55,970 bases of DNA from a bacterium. GTDB taxonomy: Bacteria > Patescibacteriota > Minisyncoccia > UBA6257 > 2-01-FULL-56-20. The position numbers and the translations under genes are program-made. Below the pieces are notes generated by a model. That model ran no database searches, was not told the origin of the DNA, and saw only the letters and a program-made list of their open reading frames with translations. Below, one piece after another: positions 29,179 to 39,562 of this stretch; within the stretch, counting starts at the first letter, position 1; the number at the start of each line of letters is the position of its first letter. The stretch covers positions 1 through 55,970 of the forward strand of contig JAJYDL010000001.1 in assembly GCA_021777495.1 (NCBI GenBank). The letters are read 5' to 3'.

Positions 29179-30336
29179 TTATCCCGTCCAGTAATACAGA
29201 AGAATGCTCAGGTCCGGGAGGTCCACTATGCCGTCGCCGTTCAGGTCCGCGGTGGGGTTGCTTGTCCCCCAGTAATAGAGGAGTATCGAGAAATCCGCAA
29301 GGTTCACCTTGCCGTCGCCGTTCAGGTCCGCAAGCAGCTTCTTGCTCGGCGTACCGCTGCCCACATAGAAGGGTACTGCCTGGCTTATCGTGCTCCGCAA
29401 TAACGCGCCGTTCTCCGTGGTGATGAAATCCGCATCCACCGTATGATAGGCGTCGTTCTGGAGCACCGAAGTGTCCACGGGCACCGCCCATCCTCCCATG
29501 GAATTCGTGGTTGTCGTCACTATAATGTTCCCGCCCGAATGCACGTGCACTTCGATCGTTGACGAAGGCACGGATTCTCCCGACACCGTCACCGTTCCCC
29601 CTTTTGCCACCTGGCGTTTGTCGATGGATATCGTCGGGGGCAGAAGTTCGCCGGAAATCGTGGTCGCGGCGTCCGCGGTGACGGTGAAGGTCGTCGTGAG
29701 CGCGATGGACTTGAGGCCCGTCGCATCCTGCGCCCAGATGCCGAAGGTATATACCCCGGGAGAGATGTTCGTCGTCGAGAAATAAAAATTCGCGTTGGAA
29801 TCCGCCTGTACGACCCCGATCGTCTGGCCGTCCTGGAGGATGTTCACGCTTGCGCCCGGATACGCCTGCCCCTGAATGATCACGGTCGTCGGATTCGGTG
29901 CGGTGTAGCTCCCCGGAGAATAGCCGAACGAAGGCGCCGGCGCGGGACCCGGTCCCGGCAGCGGTGCGAGCGACGTGATCTGGCATGTCGCGGAGCATCC
30001 CGATCCCGCCACCCCGTTCATCGCGCCCGCATCGCACTGCTCTCCGTACTGGGGCTGGAGGATCCCGTCGCCGCAGTACGGGGCCCATGCCCGGCACCCG
30101 GGCATGCACTGGCGGTTGGCCGATGATGTGGAATACTGCCCCGTGTTCGTTCCCGTATCGCACACCTCGGTGGGAGCCTGCACGATCCCGTCCCCGCATA
30201 CGCTGATCGTCACCGTGGTCGTCGCATAGCTTTGCGCCCGCACCGGCGCCGCCGGGGATGCAAACAGGAACAGTGCCGCCGCGGCTGCGGCGACGGAAAA
30301 GATGATTATGGTACGCAGGAATACCCGGCGGATCAT
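29179..30336 (-). CDS. Secreted dockerin protein with Cys-rich CGDG repeats and Ig-like domains
   Basis: CGDGIVQ..EVCD / CGDGILQ..EQCD; duplicated DLNGDG.V.L.D.SILL dockerin. Confidence 0.88.
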   Translation of the reverse strand: MIRRVFLRTIIIFSVAAAAAALFLFASPAAPVRAQSYATTTVTISVCGDGIVQAPTEVCDTGTNTGQYSTSSANRQCMPGCRAWAPYCGDGILQPQYGEQCDAGAMNGVAGSGCSATCQITSLAPLPGPGPAPAPSFGYSPGSYTAPNPTTVIIQGQAYPGASVNILQDGQTIGVVQADSNANFYFSTTNISPGVYTFGIWAQDATGLKSIALTTTFTVTADAATTISGELLPPTISIDKRQVAKGGTVTVSGESVPSSTIEVHVHSGGNIIVTTTTNSMGGWAVPVDTSVLQNDAYHTVDADFITTENGALLRSTISQAVPFYVGSGTPSKKLLADLNGDGKVNLADFSILLYYWGTSNPTADLNGDGIVDLPDLSILLYYWTG

Positions 30337-30345
30337 ATGCGTATA

Positions 30346-31350
30346 TTATGCTCTCGGCGCGCGCGGAGGGGGCGGCGTCGGAACGCCCTTCCTTCTTCCG
30401 CGCCGGCGGAACAACCCCCGGATGCCCACATACATCGCCCAAAGCATGAGCAGTATCCCCGCAAGGACCGCAAAGGTAATAAGCTTCTCCTGCCATGGCA
30501 ATACGAGGAAGTTGTAGGGGACATATCCCGGGATGCTTCCGGGTGGCAGCACGCTCAGATCGAGCGTACCCTGTCCGATGAGATCGCTGTCATCGCGTCC
30601 GTAGATCTGATAGAAAACCTTGTACGTACCCTGGGGCAGATAGGTGGGCATCTCCGCGGTCACGGTCTTCGTCTGGAACGGGTCGACGCTCGCAAGCCAG
30701 TTGGTATTCTGCTCCACCTCGAGCACCTTCTGGGTAAGGTAGTCGCTGTACGTGAACACCACTCTGTAAGGACTCCCTGAAATGTTCCCATCGTTCTCGA
30801 TATCCATATTAAAGAGAACCTTGCCCGGGAAATGCATCCAAAGCCATGTGAATCCCTGCTCCGCGTTCGTCATCGATACTCGCCGCACCTTGAAATCCAC
30901 ATTCTTCTGGTTTATCACGCGGAGGTTCACGTCGATCTGCGCGCCGATCGTAAGGCCGACGGTCCCCGCTGCGGGACCGTTCATGGGAGAGACGACTACC
31001 TGGATATTCCCCTGGTACTGTCCGAGCTTCGCATCGCTCGGCACATTCACGCTCACGATCATCGGCATCTCCTGCGTGCCGGACGGCATCGCGAACTGCG
31101 TGCCCTTGTCGATGGAAATCCAGCCGTCCGCCCCCGGAACATTCACCGTCACCTTTGCGGTGAGGTCCTGATCCGGCGTTCCGCGCACAAGGAGGATCTT
31201 CTGTTCGTAGTGCGAACCCGGCGCAAGCGCGTCATTCGTCACGTAGGGAGGAGTGATGCCGAATCCTTCGGCGTTCACGCGATGCACGCCGAATGAAAAG
31301 CCGGCGCACACAAGAAGCGCCGCCGCCGCTATAAAGTTCATCTTCCTCAT
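30346..31350 (-). CDS. DUF916/WxL-interacting-like membrane-anchored protein (divergent)
   Basis: Signal peptide; GFGITPP...WISI...VSVNVPSDAKLGQYQGNI; second Ig domain; C-terminal TM and Pro/Arg tail. Confidence 0.65.
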   Translation of the reverse strand: MRKMNFIAAAALLVCAGFSFGVHRVNAEGFGITPPYVTNDALAPGSHYEQKILLVRGTPDQDLTAKVTVNVPGADGWISIDKGTQFAMPSGTQEMPMIVSVNVPSDAKLGQYQGNIQVVVSPMNGPAAGTVGLTIGAQIDVNLRVINQKNVDFKVRRVSMTNAEQGFTWLWMHFPGKVLFNMDIENDGNISGSPYRVVFTYSDYLTQKVLEVEQNTNWLASVDPFQTKTVTAEMPTYLPQGTYKVFYQIYGRDDSDLIGQGTLDLSVLPPGSIPGYVPYNFLVLPWQEKLITFAVLAGILLMLWAMYVGIRGLFRRRGRRKGVPTPPPPRAPRA

Positions 31351-31424
31351 TGGTCCGTGAAAAAAGGAACCCCGTAAAACGTTTCAATCATTATACCACA
31401 GCCGCAACGGGACCGCGCCGGAAC

Positions 31425-33293
31425 CTACCAGTACTGCGCGGGGCTCTTCACGCCAACGAACGTGTTCTGTCCGGTGTACGCACCCGAAAGCTGGATGGTG
31501 CTCGGCACCGCGATACCCCAGAAGGTGGATCCCGTGCTCGGCGATGATGTTGCGATCGACTTGGGAATATGGATCGGCACAAGCGTGCCCGGATTCGTAA
31601 GGAGCGCGGCACCCGAACCGTAGGCGACGGACGACGTCGCGTACTGTATCTGCCCCACGGGAATGGTCGATGTGGTCGAAACGGCGCAGCTCGGATAGGT
31701 GGTACACATATTCGCACCGTACAGGGTTTCATTAAGACCGACGTTTCCCGTCGATGCAAGGATCGTGGACGTAGCAAGCGTCGGCGTGCTCGACCCCGGG
31801 CTCAATCCTCCGAAGTTGATGGCGGGCGTATCGAGCTGTGCCGCAAGGAAGCTTGCGACCTCGTTGCCGGTTGCGGCTTCCGTGAGAGGGCTCGATGAGC
31901 CGTTGTGGTTCGTCGCCTGCGCGCTCACGAGCCAGTTCTGGTTGTAATACTGCGTGTCGCTCGCGGTCGTGCCGTCCGTGGGATCCGCGACATACCACAG
32001 CGGGAAATAGCAGGTCCACGTTGCGCTGATGGAGCTCGAGCCGTTGCACGATCCCGTGTCCTGCGTGCAGGTGACGGGCCACGTGGACGACCCCACCGCA
32101 TTCGGATAGCAGTTATCGGGATTGTAATTCGGCCCCGTCTGGCACGATGCCTGGCCGATACCCGAACGATACACGTTGATGATGGCGGAAGTGATCTCCT
32201 GTCCCCCGGAAATCGTCTGACAACTATTGTCGTCCGAAACCGTGAACTTTACCGCAAACCCGTTCGTCTGTCCTCCCGGCACCGTAAGCGCGAGCGGATT
32301 CGTGGTTCCGTCGTTATTCAAAAGGCTGATGCTTGAAGAAGCGATCGTAGGCGCGACGTTGTTTATCGCGTACGTGGAGGTCGCCCCTTCCGCCCCGCCC
32401 GACGCGGGAAGCCCGTGCTGGTCCACGACATACCCATAGGAAGAATAGGTTCCGTCGGGACGCGGCAACGGGGTCGTGTATGAGCAGGTGGGATTGAGGG
32501 TTGTCGTCGCGGAAGTGCAGTACGTCCCCGCAGGACCGCAGGCCGAACCCGTAAAGTCGTTCGCCTTGCAGACGAAGAGCTGGATGGTATCGGTGGCCCC
32601 CGTGAATGTGTCGCTGTCCGATGCGACCGCCGTCCAGCTGATGTTCGTCCCGGGATTCACCGGACCGGTATTCGACAGGGAAGTGAACGCGGGGGGATGG
32701 TTGACCACGAAGGGCGACCCCGTCGTATAGGTCGCGTTGCACTTTGCTCCTCCAAAGTTGTTGTCGCAGATCCACGCATACCACGAATCGAACTGCGGAT
32801 CGCTGCTCGAGGCGGTATAGGTCGTGGTTGCGGTACCCGTACTCGGCGTGACGGCGGATACGCCCCACTGATTGACGGTGCCTCCGCCGCATGTGGGCGG
32901 CCCTCCCGCCGTACCGGGAGTCGGCGTGCTCGTGGACTTACAAAGGAGGAGGTAATAGCTGTCGTTATTGGGGTCGGTTGCCACGGCGTACCACGTCACC
33001 TTACTCCCCACGTTCGTCGGCGCGGTGGTGGTGGACACCGGATTCTCGTATGCGTTCGTCGTCCAGTTCGGCGGCGTGTTGAGCACCGTCACCGTCGTCG
33101 TTGCCGTGCTTTGTGCGAAGGTAAAGCGGGCATGATAGAGAGCGCCTGTCGCCCAGAAGTTCACGATGATGGCGGCGGCGGCCATAAAGATGCCCGAAAG
33201 GATCACGGCCACGGTCACGCGGCCACGCACATCCCGGACCTGTTCCTTCCACCATGCGATCCAACGTACGATCATGTAGGGATTTTTATTCAT
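31425..33293 (-). CDS. Large secreted Cys-rich protein with C-terminal WxL/pilin-like domain
   Basis: N-terminal TM/signal; INFGGL...STGNVGL...FWGIAVP...GAYTGQNTF; paralogous to 37462..39519. Confidence 0.75.
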   Translation of the reverse strand: MNKNPYMIVRWIAWWKEQVRDVRGRVTVAVILSGIFMAAAAIIVNFWATGALYHARFTFAQSTATTTVTVLNTPPNWTTNAYENPVSTTTAPTNVGSKVTWYAVATDPNNDSYYLLLCKSTSTPTPGTAGGPPTCGGGTVNQWGVSAVTPSTGTATTTYTASSSDPQFDSWYAWICDNNFGGAKCNATYTTGSPFVVNHPPAFTSLSNTGPVNPGTNISWTAVASDSDTFTGATDTIQLFVCKANDFTGSACGPAGTYCTSATTTLNPTCSYTTPLPRPDGTYSSYGYVVDQHGLPASGGAEGATSTYAINNVAPTIASSSISLLNNDGTTNPLALTVPGGQTNGFAVKFTVSDDNSCQTISGGQEITSAIINVYRSGIGQASCQTGPNYNPDNCYPNAVGSSTWPVTCTQDTGSCNGSSSISATWTCYFPLWYVADPTDGTTASDTQYYNQNWLVSAQATNHNGSSSPLTEAATGNEVASFLAAQLDTPAINFGGLSPGSSTPTLATSTILASTGNVGLNETLYGANMCTTYPSCAVSTTSTIPVGQIQYATSSVAYGSGAALLTNPGTLVPIHIPKSIATSSPSTGSTFWGIAVPSTIQLSGAYTGQNTFVGVKSPAQYW

Positions 33294-33304
33294 TATATCC
33301 CATG

Positions 33305-33335
33305 TTGTCCACAGAAAAAGGCGGGGTTATCCACA
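33305..33335 (+). promoter_or_regulatory. Two DnaA-box-like sites
   Basis: TTGTCCACA (33305) and TTATCCACA (33327). Confidence 0.5.
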
Positions 33336-33375
33336 CCCTATGCAAATCCTTCCTTTTCCGTCCGGGAATCCCCCT

Positions 33376-34578
33376 TTATTTGTATCTGATGGCCTCGAGC
33401 GGACTTATGGATGAAGCCCTGCGCGCCGGGAAAATCCCCGTAATGAAGCCTACGATCGCCGAGAAAAGCGTGATAAACCCGAGGAATGTGAGGGGAAAGG
33501 CGAAAAGCGCCACCGCAGCGCCGCCGAAGTGCGTTGCCAATAGATTCAATAGATAATTGATGATGAGACCTCCGGCGATGCCTATGGCCATCCCCGTCAT
33601 GCCCCCCAGGAACCCGACCACGACCGCCTCCGCGAGGAAAAGGAACTGGATATCGCGGGGCGAACCGCCGATCGTACGCATGACGCCGATCTCCCCCGTG
33701 CGCTCAAGGAGCGTCACCGTCATGGTATTCACCATGCCGATCGCCGACACGATGAGCGCGATGCCGCCGAACCCTGCAAGGACCCATTGGACGCCGGTGA
33801 AGATCTGATTCGCCTGATCCACCGTCTTCGAGAGCGCCGACACCACATACCCATCCTTCACGATGGCGGCCTGGACGCCGCCGAGATTGCCGCTCGCGTT
33901 CACGCGCACCTGGACCTTGTCGTATTGCGGGATCCCCACCTGCGAGGAAAGCGTGGCAAGGGGAATCATCGCATAGATGGAGGCGCTGTCGTTCGTCACC
34001 CCCGTCACGGTGAAGTTCCCGTTCAGGGGCACCTGCTCGCTCTGCCCCCCGCCCTGCGCCTGCGTCACGATCCGGAACGATACCGGCTTCCCGATGATCG
34101 CCTTCGGATCGCTCACGCCGAAAAGCTGCAGCGCGGCGCTCGAAAGGATGACGTCGTTCGCATCCGAAGGCTGGTCGCTGAACTGGCTTCCTGCCGCCAT
34201 GGAAATGCCCGCGTATTTGAAATACGACGCCTGCGCCCCCTCGAGGTCCGTGTTCGCCGAAAGGCCGTTGTAGGTGATGAGCGACTGGAAGGTCGCGAGC
34301 GGCGATACGTCCTGGACGTTCGGGATCGCCTTGAACTTCGCAAGCGCGTTGTCGTCGAGCGTCACGGCGCTCGTTGCCGGCGGCGTAACGGTGAGGCTGA
34401 GGAGCGTATCGCCGAACACGATCTTCTCGAGCAGGATGTTCTGAAGGCCGAAACCGAGACCTACGAGCATCACGACCGCGGCGGTACCCACGCCCATGCC
34501 GAGGATCGTAAGCCATGTCCTTGCGGGATTGGTCTTGAACATCCTCGTGGAAAGCTTCAATGAATCGGCGACTCTCAT
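33376..34578 (-). CDS. MacB/FtsX-type ABC transporter permease
   Basis: RTWLTILGMGVG; extracytoplasmic domain; ERTGEIGVMRTIG; PARRAS.ISPLEAIRY. Confidence 0.93.
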   Translation of the reverse strand: MRVADSLKLSTRMFKTNPARTWLTILGMGVGTAAVVMLVGLGFGLQNILLEKIVFGDTLLSLTVTPPATSAVTLDDNALAKFKAIPNVQDVSPLATFQSLITYNGLSANTDLEGAQASYFKYAGISMAAGSQFSDQPSDANDVILSSAALQLFGVSDPKAIIGKPVSFRIVTQAQGGGQSEQVPLNGNFTVTGVTNDSASIYAMIPLATLSSQVGIPQYDKVQVRVNASGNLGGVQAAIVKDGYVVSALSKTVDQANQIFTGVQWVLAGFGGIALIVSAIGMVNTMTVTLLERTGEIGVMRTIGGSPRDIQFLFLAEAVVVGFLGGMTGMAIGIAGGLIINYLLNLLATHFGGAAVALFAFPLTFLGFITLFSAIVGFITGIFPARRASSISPLEAIRYK

Positions 34579-34597
34579 GGTAATAGTATAGAACGGT

Positions 34598-35908
34598 TCA
34601 GAGATACATGCCCTGCCCGATGAGCTTCTCGAGATACCAGCTCACGTGCCGCGCGGTATCGGGATCGAGGCCCATGCCGTCGCCCTCAAAAGGAGACTTG
34701 AGGCGGCGACGGAAATCCTCGGACTGGATGAATCCCCGGATGCGGAACTTGAGGAGCTCATCCATGCGCGCAATGCGCTCCGGCGGGATGCGGAACCCGC
34801 ACTCCCGCATGAGATCCTCGCGCACCTCGGCGATGCGGTCCCCCTGGCGCAGCGAGGCCACTTTTGCGGTGAAGTTATCCCGGTATGCGCGGATGTCCCG
34901 CGCCTCTTTGAGCACGATATTCAGCTTTTCTTCGAACATTTCCGCACGATGACGATCGATCTCCGGACCTCCTTCGTCCACGGACCTCGTAAGCCTGTCC
35001 ACAAACCCTTCATCCGTGAGCTTTCCGTCGATGAACATCCCGACCGTCCGTTCCAGCTGTTCGATCTGGTCGAAACCGATGTCCTGGGTGAGGAAATTCA
35101 CGACGCTCTTCACCCGCAGCTCCTCCGGCGACGCATACGGATAGATGCGCGCAAGCTTCTCGATCTCGGAAAGGATCGACGTCCCGGGGTCCACCTGCTT
35201 GATCTGTTTCTTCTCCGGGTTCACCACCTCGCGCTCCACGCCGCCGTCTTTCATGTGATAGACGCGGTGCGCATAGGGCAGCAGCTTCGCGTCATGGGTG
35301 ACGAGGATGACCGTCTTCTGCTGCTTCATGTTGATCTCCTCGAGCATGCCCATCACCTGGTCCGCCGACACGCTGTCGAGGTTGCCGACCGGTTCGTCGG
35401 CGAAAAGGATCTCCGGGTCGTTGATGAGCGAGCGCGCAACGGCGACGCGCTGCTGCTGGCCTCCCGAAAGATCCGTCGAGCGCTTGTGCGCCTGCTGATC
35501 CACGCCGAACTGTTTGAGCAGCTTCATTGCCCGCGCATACCGCTCCGCGGGCGGCACGTTTGCGAAGATGAGCGGGAGCGCGACGTTGTCGATCACGCTG
35601 AGCGACGGAATGAGGTTGAACGACTGGAAGATGATGCCCACCGTCTCCCTTTGGAACCGCACCATATCCTTCACGCCGTACTTATAGGGATTCTCCCCCT
35701 TCACGAGGATCTCCCCGGACGACGGCGGAAGAATGCCGAGCAGGCTGTAGAGCAGCGTCGATTTCCCGCAGCCCGAAGGGCCGAACAGGATGATATATTC
35801 CTTGGGATAGATCTCCAGGGTCTCCCCGCGCAGGGCATTGTATTCGTTCGACTTGCCCTGATTGTAGATGACTTTGATGTTATTTACCTTGATGATCGGC
35901 TCGAGCAT
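34598..35908 (-). CDS. ABC transporter ATP-binding protein with long C-terminal extension
   Basis: GPSGCGKST, LSGGQQQR, ADEPVGNLD, VTHD, plus about 200 extra aa. Confidence 0.93.
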   Translation of the reverse strand: MLEPIIKVNNIKVIYNQGKSNEYNALRGETLEIYPKEYIILFGPSGCGKSTLLYSLLGILPPSSGEILVKGENPYKYGVKDMVRFQRETVGIIFQSFNLIPSLSVIDNVALPLIFANVPPAERYARAMKLLKQFGVDQQAHKRSTDLSGGQQQRVAVARSLINDPEILFADEPVGNLDSVSADQVMGMLEEINMKQQKTVILVTHDAKLLPYAHRVYHMKDGGVEREVVNPEKKQIKQVDPGTSILSEIEKLARIYPYASPEELRVKSVVNFLTQDIGFDQIEQLERTVGMFIDGKLTDEGFVDRLTRSVDEGGPEIDRHRAEMFEEKLNIVLKEARDIRAYRDNFTAKVASLRQGDRIAEVREDLMRECGFRIPPERIARMDELLKFRIRGFIQSEDFRRRLKSPFEGDGMGLDPDTARHVSWYLEKLIGQGMYL

Positions 35909-35918
35909 GGTGGTTCTC

Positions 35919-37400
35919 TTATTTTTTGGCGCCCCCCGAGAAGTTTCCGAGCCATCCGAACGTTCCCTGGAAGTTCTGCAGGATGATGTCCACGATGCTT
36001 TTCTGCTGCTGCGGCGTGAGGAGCACGTAATCCTCCGAGCTTGTCGTATTCCCGTCCACGTCGGTACAGGTAACCCAATATTTATAGACCGTCGCGGGAG
36101 AGAATGTCGTGACGACCTCCACGTGCTTCGTGACGGGGACCGTCTCCGCCGTCGTCGTCACGACATCCGCGCCGGCCCCGCTCGAATACGAAAGGAAGCA
36201 CGTCGCGGGCTCGTCGGTCGCCCACGAGATGACCGTCTGCACGGTGGTATCCTGTCCGGGGTAGAGCGTGGAATCGTTGCTCACCTGCGAGATCACCGGA
36301 GGATAGAGGTTCTTCGTCGTCACAAAATAAACGGGGTCGCTCTTCACCGTATCCCCCGCCTGGTTCTGGGCGACAATGACGGCCGAATAGCGCGTCTGAT
36401 AGACGAGCCCCGAGATCTGGAGAATGTGCGTCGTGAGGTACGATGGGTCGCCGATCGAAAGCGATTTATTGGTCGCCATGTCGGTGTACACGATCTCCCC
36501 CGCCGACGGCATGGGCGTGCCCCAGCTTATCGTGACATCATGCTCGCCGACCGTCACCACGTGAGGATTGATGATCTGCGGCAGAACGGATTTCGTCGTG
36601 AAGGTGAGATCCGGGCTTTCTCCCGGCGCGCCGATCCCTCCCGCGCGCGAGGACACCATGTAGTGATATTCCGTGGAAGGCGAAAGTCCATAGATCGTCA
36701 CCGTGTGCGTCTTCCCCTGCCCGTTCTGGTCCGTTTCCTGCCGCGGATAAGGGTTCGCGCTCGAAGGGTTGTACTCCGCGGCAGAAGCAATGAACACGGT
36801 GCCATCCGCGCTCTGGTCGGTGTTCCAGGTCACCGTCACGTTGTCCGTGCCGATCGTGAGCTGGGGCACGCCCAGAATGTTCGGCGGCCCGATGTTCGCT
36901 TTGGCCTGCTGGTTCAGCGCCCCCGCAATCGCCTCGAGTGCCTGGGTGCTCGTGATCTGCTGGATGATCGAGAGCGCCTTTGCCGAAAGCTGCTGCTGCT
37001 GCGGATTCGTGATGCTCGAGAGGGTCGAAAGATCGACGGTGCTCGAGGTCGTGAATGTATAATCGCCGGAGACGTGCTGGTTGCCGTTCGCGTCGGTGGA
37101 ACGGATGCGGAAATAGTACGTCGTCCCCGGATCGAGGTTCGGAATGACGACCGAGTGCTGGGTGCCGAGGGGCCCCTGATTTCTTATACCGCAGTAGTTC
37201 GTGTCCTGGCTGAAATTCACGAAACTGTCGGTGTTGGAGTCCGTGGTCCACGTGACCGTAGTCGAGGTCGCAGTCACGCCCGCAACGGCCACGTTCGAGA
37301 TGTTCGGCGACGTGTCCGCGAGCGCCCGCACGACGACCGCCGCGGACACAGCCGCGGCGCCCGCAAGGACCCCTATGGCGAACAGCGAGCGCGCGTTCAT
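35919..37400 (-). CDS. Secreted fibronectin type III repeat protein
   Basis: Four repeats of VTW.T...H.V.I..L.P.T.YY; amphipathic C-terminus. Confidence 0.85.
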   Translation of the reverse strand: MNARSLFAIGVLAGAAAVSAAVVVRALADTSPNISNVAVAGVTATSTTVTWTTDSNTDSFVNFSQDTNYCGIRNQGPLGTQHSVVIPNLDPGTTYYFRIRSTDANGNQHVSGDYTFTTSSTVDLSTLSSITNPQQQQLSAKALSIIQQITSTQALEAIAGALNQQAKANIGPPNILGVPQLTIGTDNVTVTWNTDQSADGTVFIASAAEYNPSSANPYPRQETDQNGQGKTHTVTIYGLSPSTEYHYMVSSRAGGIGAPGESPDLTFTTKSVLPQIINPHVVTVGEHDVTISWGTPMPSAGEIVYTDMATNKSLSIGDPSYLTTHILQISGLVYQTRYSAVIVAQNQAGDTVKSDPVYFVTTKNLYPPVISQVSNDSTLYPGQDTTVQTVISWATDEPATCFLSYSSGAGADVVTTTAETVPVTKHVEVVTTFSPATVYKYWVTCTDVDGNTTSSEDYVLLTPQQQKSIVDIILQNFQGTFGWLGNFSGGAKK

Positions 37401-37461
37401 GTTGTTATGATACCACACGCCGCGGCGGCGTTCCGCGCCGCACCCATCCCTCCTTCGCTCT

Positions 37462-39519
37462 TTACGGCCACGGCAACGGGAGCTTCACGCCGACAAACGA
37501 ATTCATTCCCGTATATGTGGTCGCCATCTGTCCCGCGGGGATCGCGATGCCCCAATAGAACGTGGAGCTTTCCACCGTGGTCGTGGATACGGGCTTCGGA
37601 AGATCGATCGCCACCGTCGATCCCGGGTTCGGGAGCAGCGCCGTCCCCGACGCATAGGATATCGCGGAGGTCGCGAAATGCTGCTGTCCCACGGGAATGC
37701 TGAACGAGCTGTTCACCATGTTTGTGCCATAAAGATCCACGTTCATCGCAACGTTCCCCATCGACTGGATCACCGCCGTAGGGCCGAGGCTTGCGGTACT
37801 CGAGCCCTGCGTCAGATTGCCGTAATTTATCGTCGAGGTCGTTTCGAACGCGAGAAGCGAAAGCAGCGGCACGCCCGTCGAAGAGGCCGTGCCCGTGGCG
37901 CCCGCGGAGTCCACGGCGAGCATCGAGGCCGACCAGGAATCCCCCGCCCATGGCGTCGATGCGTCCGTCGGCTGGGCGAAATACCAGACGTGGAAACTGC
38001 AGGTTACGTTGCAGGATGTTCCCGCACAGCCGCTGAACGAACAGTCGCTCGGCGCACCTTGATAGCAATCGTTCGGATCGGGTGTGCATGCCGGCCCGAG
38101 GCTCGTGCGATAGAGCGTGCTCGTCACCGTCTGGATGTCGGTAAACCCGTTACCGTCGCTCACCGTTGCCGTGGCCGTGATGAGCGTCGTCGTCCCCTCG
38201 ATAAGGGCGATGCTCTGCCCCCCATTCAGGCTGACGGGGCCTATCGTCGGAGGAACATTTCCGATGGTGACTTCCGGATATGCGGCATAGGACGCAAACG
38301 GCGTACCGTTTGATTCCACGGCCCGGAAGCAGAACGTGGATCCTCCGGGCGCGCTGTTGTCGATGAGCGCGAAGTCCCACTTCCCGTCCTCTCCCGGAAG
38401 GATCGCGCCCTGCGAGTTCGTGAAGGTGTTCGCCTCCACATAGGTCTGATTCACGATGGTGTTTGTTCCGTCGACGGGATCGGTCGACGTAGGTACGAGC
38501 GGATCCCCGTTCGCGGGGGTCGGGTTGTTATAGAACTCGATATACCCCGTCGAGGTCGCCACATCGGCGTACGCCCCCGTCGGTGCCGCGCATGTTCCCG
38601 TTCCCATGTCGGCCATCTGCAATTTAAATGAGCGATTTCCCGCGGCGAGCTGGTTCGTCGCCACATTGACGAGCATGCGGAGGCGGAAAGGCGCCGTAAG
38701 CGATGCGAGCACCGTCGACGCGTTCTGCAATGCGAGCGGAGGCCCCACGCTCGCGCTGTCCGTATTCGAAAACCATCGGAATGCGTTCTGGCTGAACGTG
38801 ATCTGCGCTTTGAAGCTCACGATCTGCCCTATCCATGCACCGGACGCCGCCGCGGTGCCGACGGTCGAATAGGTCCCCGTTGCGTTCACCACCCGGTCCG
38901 CGCCGCTGTAGGTTGCGCGCGAACCGTGACTGCCGTTCGCGTTCGAAAAATCGTTTTCTTTGGTAAAGGAGTTGCTCCACGAAGAAAATGTTGTTTGCGC
39001 AATGATCGTGGTGGCCGCGAAAAGCAGTTCGTCCGGCTGGACCGTCGTGATTGCCGCTCCGTTCGTCGCCGTACCCGTACCCGCTGTCGATGTCGCTTGA
39101 TCAAGGGGGTTTACTGCCGATAATCCGCTGTATTCATAAATATGGAGGCCCAACTGCAGCGAAGATGCCGTAGTCACGGTAACCGCGGTAGGCTCGCCGG
39201 TTCCCGCCACCTTATAAAATATCGCCTGGCTCGGAGTTCCTGCGACGTTGAGCGCCACCGACCATCCGGACGGCACATTGATCCCGGTATTTCCGCCTGC
39301 GCCAAGTACGGCAATGAGGAGGTCGCCCGCGGTAGGCGTCGTCCCGAATGTCGCGGTCACGGTGTTCGCGCCGCCTCCCGCGCTCGTATTGCTCGCCGTC
39401 TGGATGAGCGTCGTCGTGGCGCGCGCGAAGGGCCACAGTACGAACACGCGGCTCACCGCGAGCCATGCGAGGAGCAGGCCGGCAAGGACTATGCCGAAAG
39501 AATAGATGCGGCGCATCAT
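37462..39519 (-). CDS. Large secreted protein with one YRW-type repeat domain and C-terminal WxL/pilin-like domain
   Basis: Signal peptide; QNAFRWFSN...FCFR...YPEV; INYGNL...MGNVAM...FYWGIAIP...TYTGMNSF. Confidence 0.78.
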   Translation of the reverse strand: MMRRIYSFGIVLAGLLLAWLAVSRVFVLWPFARATTTLIQTASNTSAGGGANTVTATFGTTPTAGDLLIAVLGAGGNTGINVPSGWSVALNVAGTPSQAIFYKVAGTGEPTAVTVTTASSLQLGLHIYEYSGLSAVNPLDQATSTAGTGTATNGAAITTVQPDELLFAATTIIAQTTFSSWSNSFTKENDFSNANGSHGSRATYSGADRVVNATGTYSTVGTAAASGAWIGQIVSFKAQITFSQNAFRWFSNTDSASVGPPLALQNASTVLASLTAPFRLRMLVNVATNQLAAGNRSFKLQMADMGTGTCAAPTGAYADVATSTGYIEFYNNPTPANGDPLVPTSTDPVDGTNTIVNQTYVEANTFTNSQGAILPGEDGKWDFALIDNSAPGGSTFCFRAVESNGTPFASYAAYPEVTIGNVPPTIGPVSLNGGQSIALIEGTTTLITATATVSDGNGFTDIQTVTSTLYRTSLGPACTPDPNDCYQGAPSDCSFSGCAGTSCNVTCSFHVWYFAQPTDASTPWAGDSWSASMLAVDSAGATGTASSTGVPLLSLLAFETTSTINYGNLTQGSSTASLGPTAVIQSMGNVAMNVDLYGTNMVNSSFSIPVGQQHFATSAISYASGTALLPNPGSTVAIDLPKPVSTTTVESSTFYWGIAIPAGQMATTYTGMNSFVGVKLPLPWP

Positions 39520-39562
39520 GGTGTCATTTTACCACGCTTGCGCACGCGCCCGTCCCCTCTTC

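Noticed and set aside
33294..33375. Replication origin
   Set aside because: Only two DnaA-like boxes in about 80 bp, no AT-rich unwinding element, no dnaA or dnaN nearby
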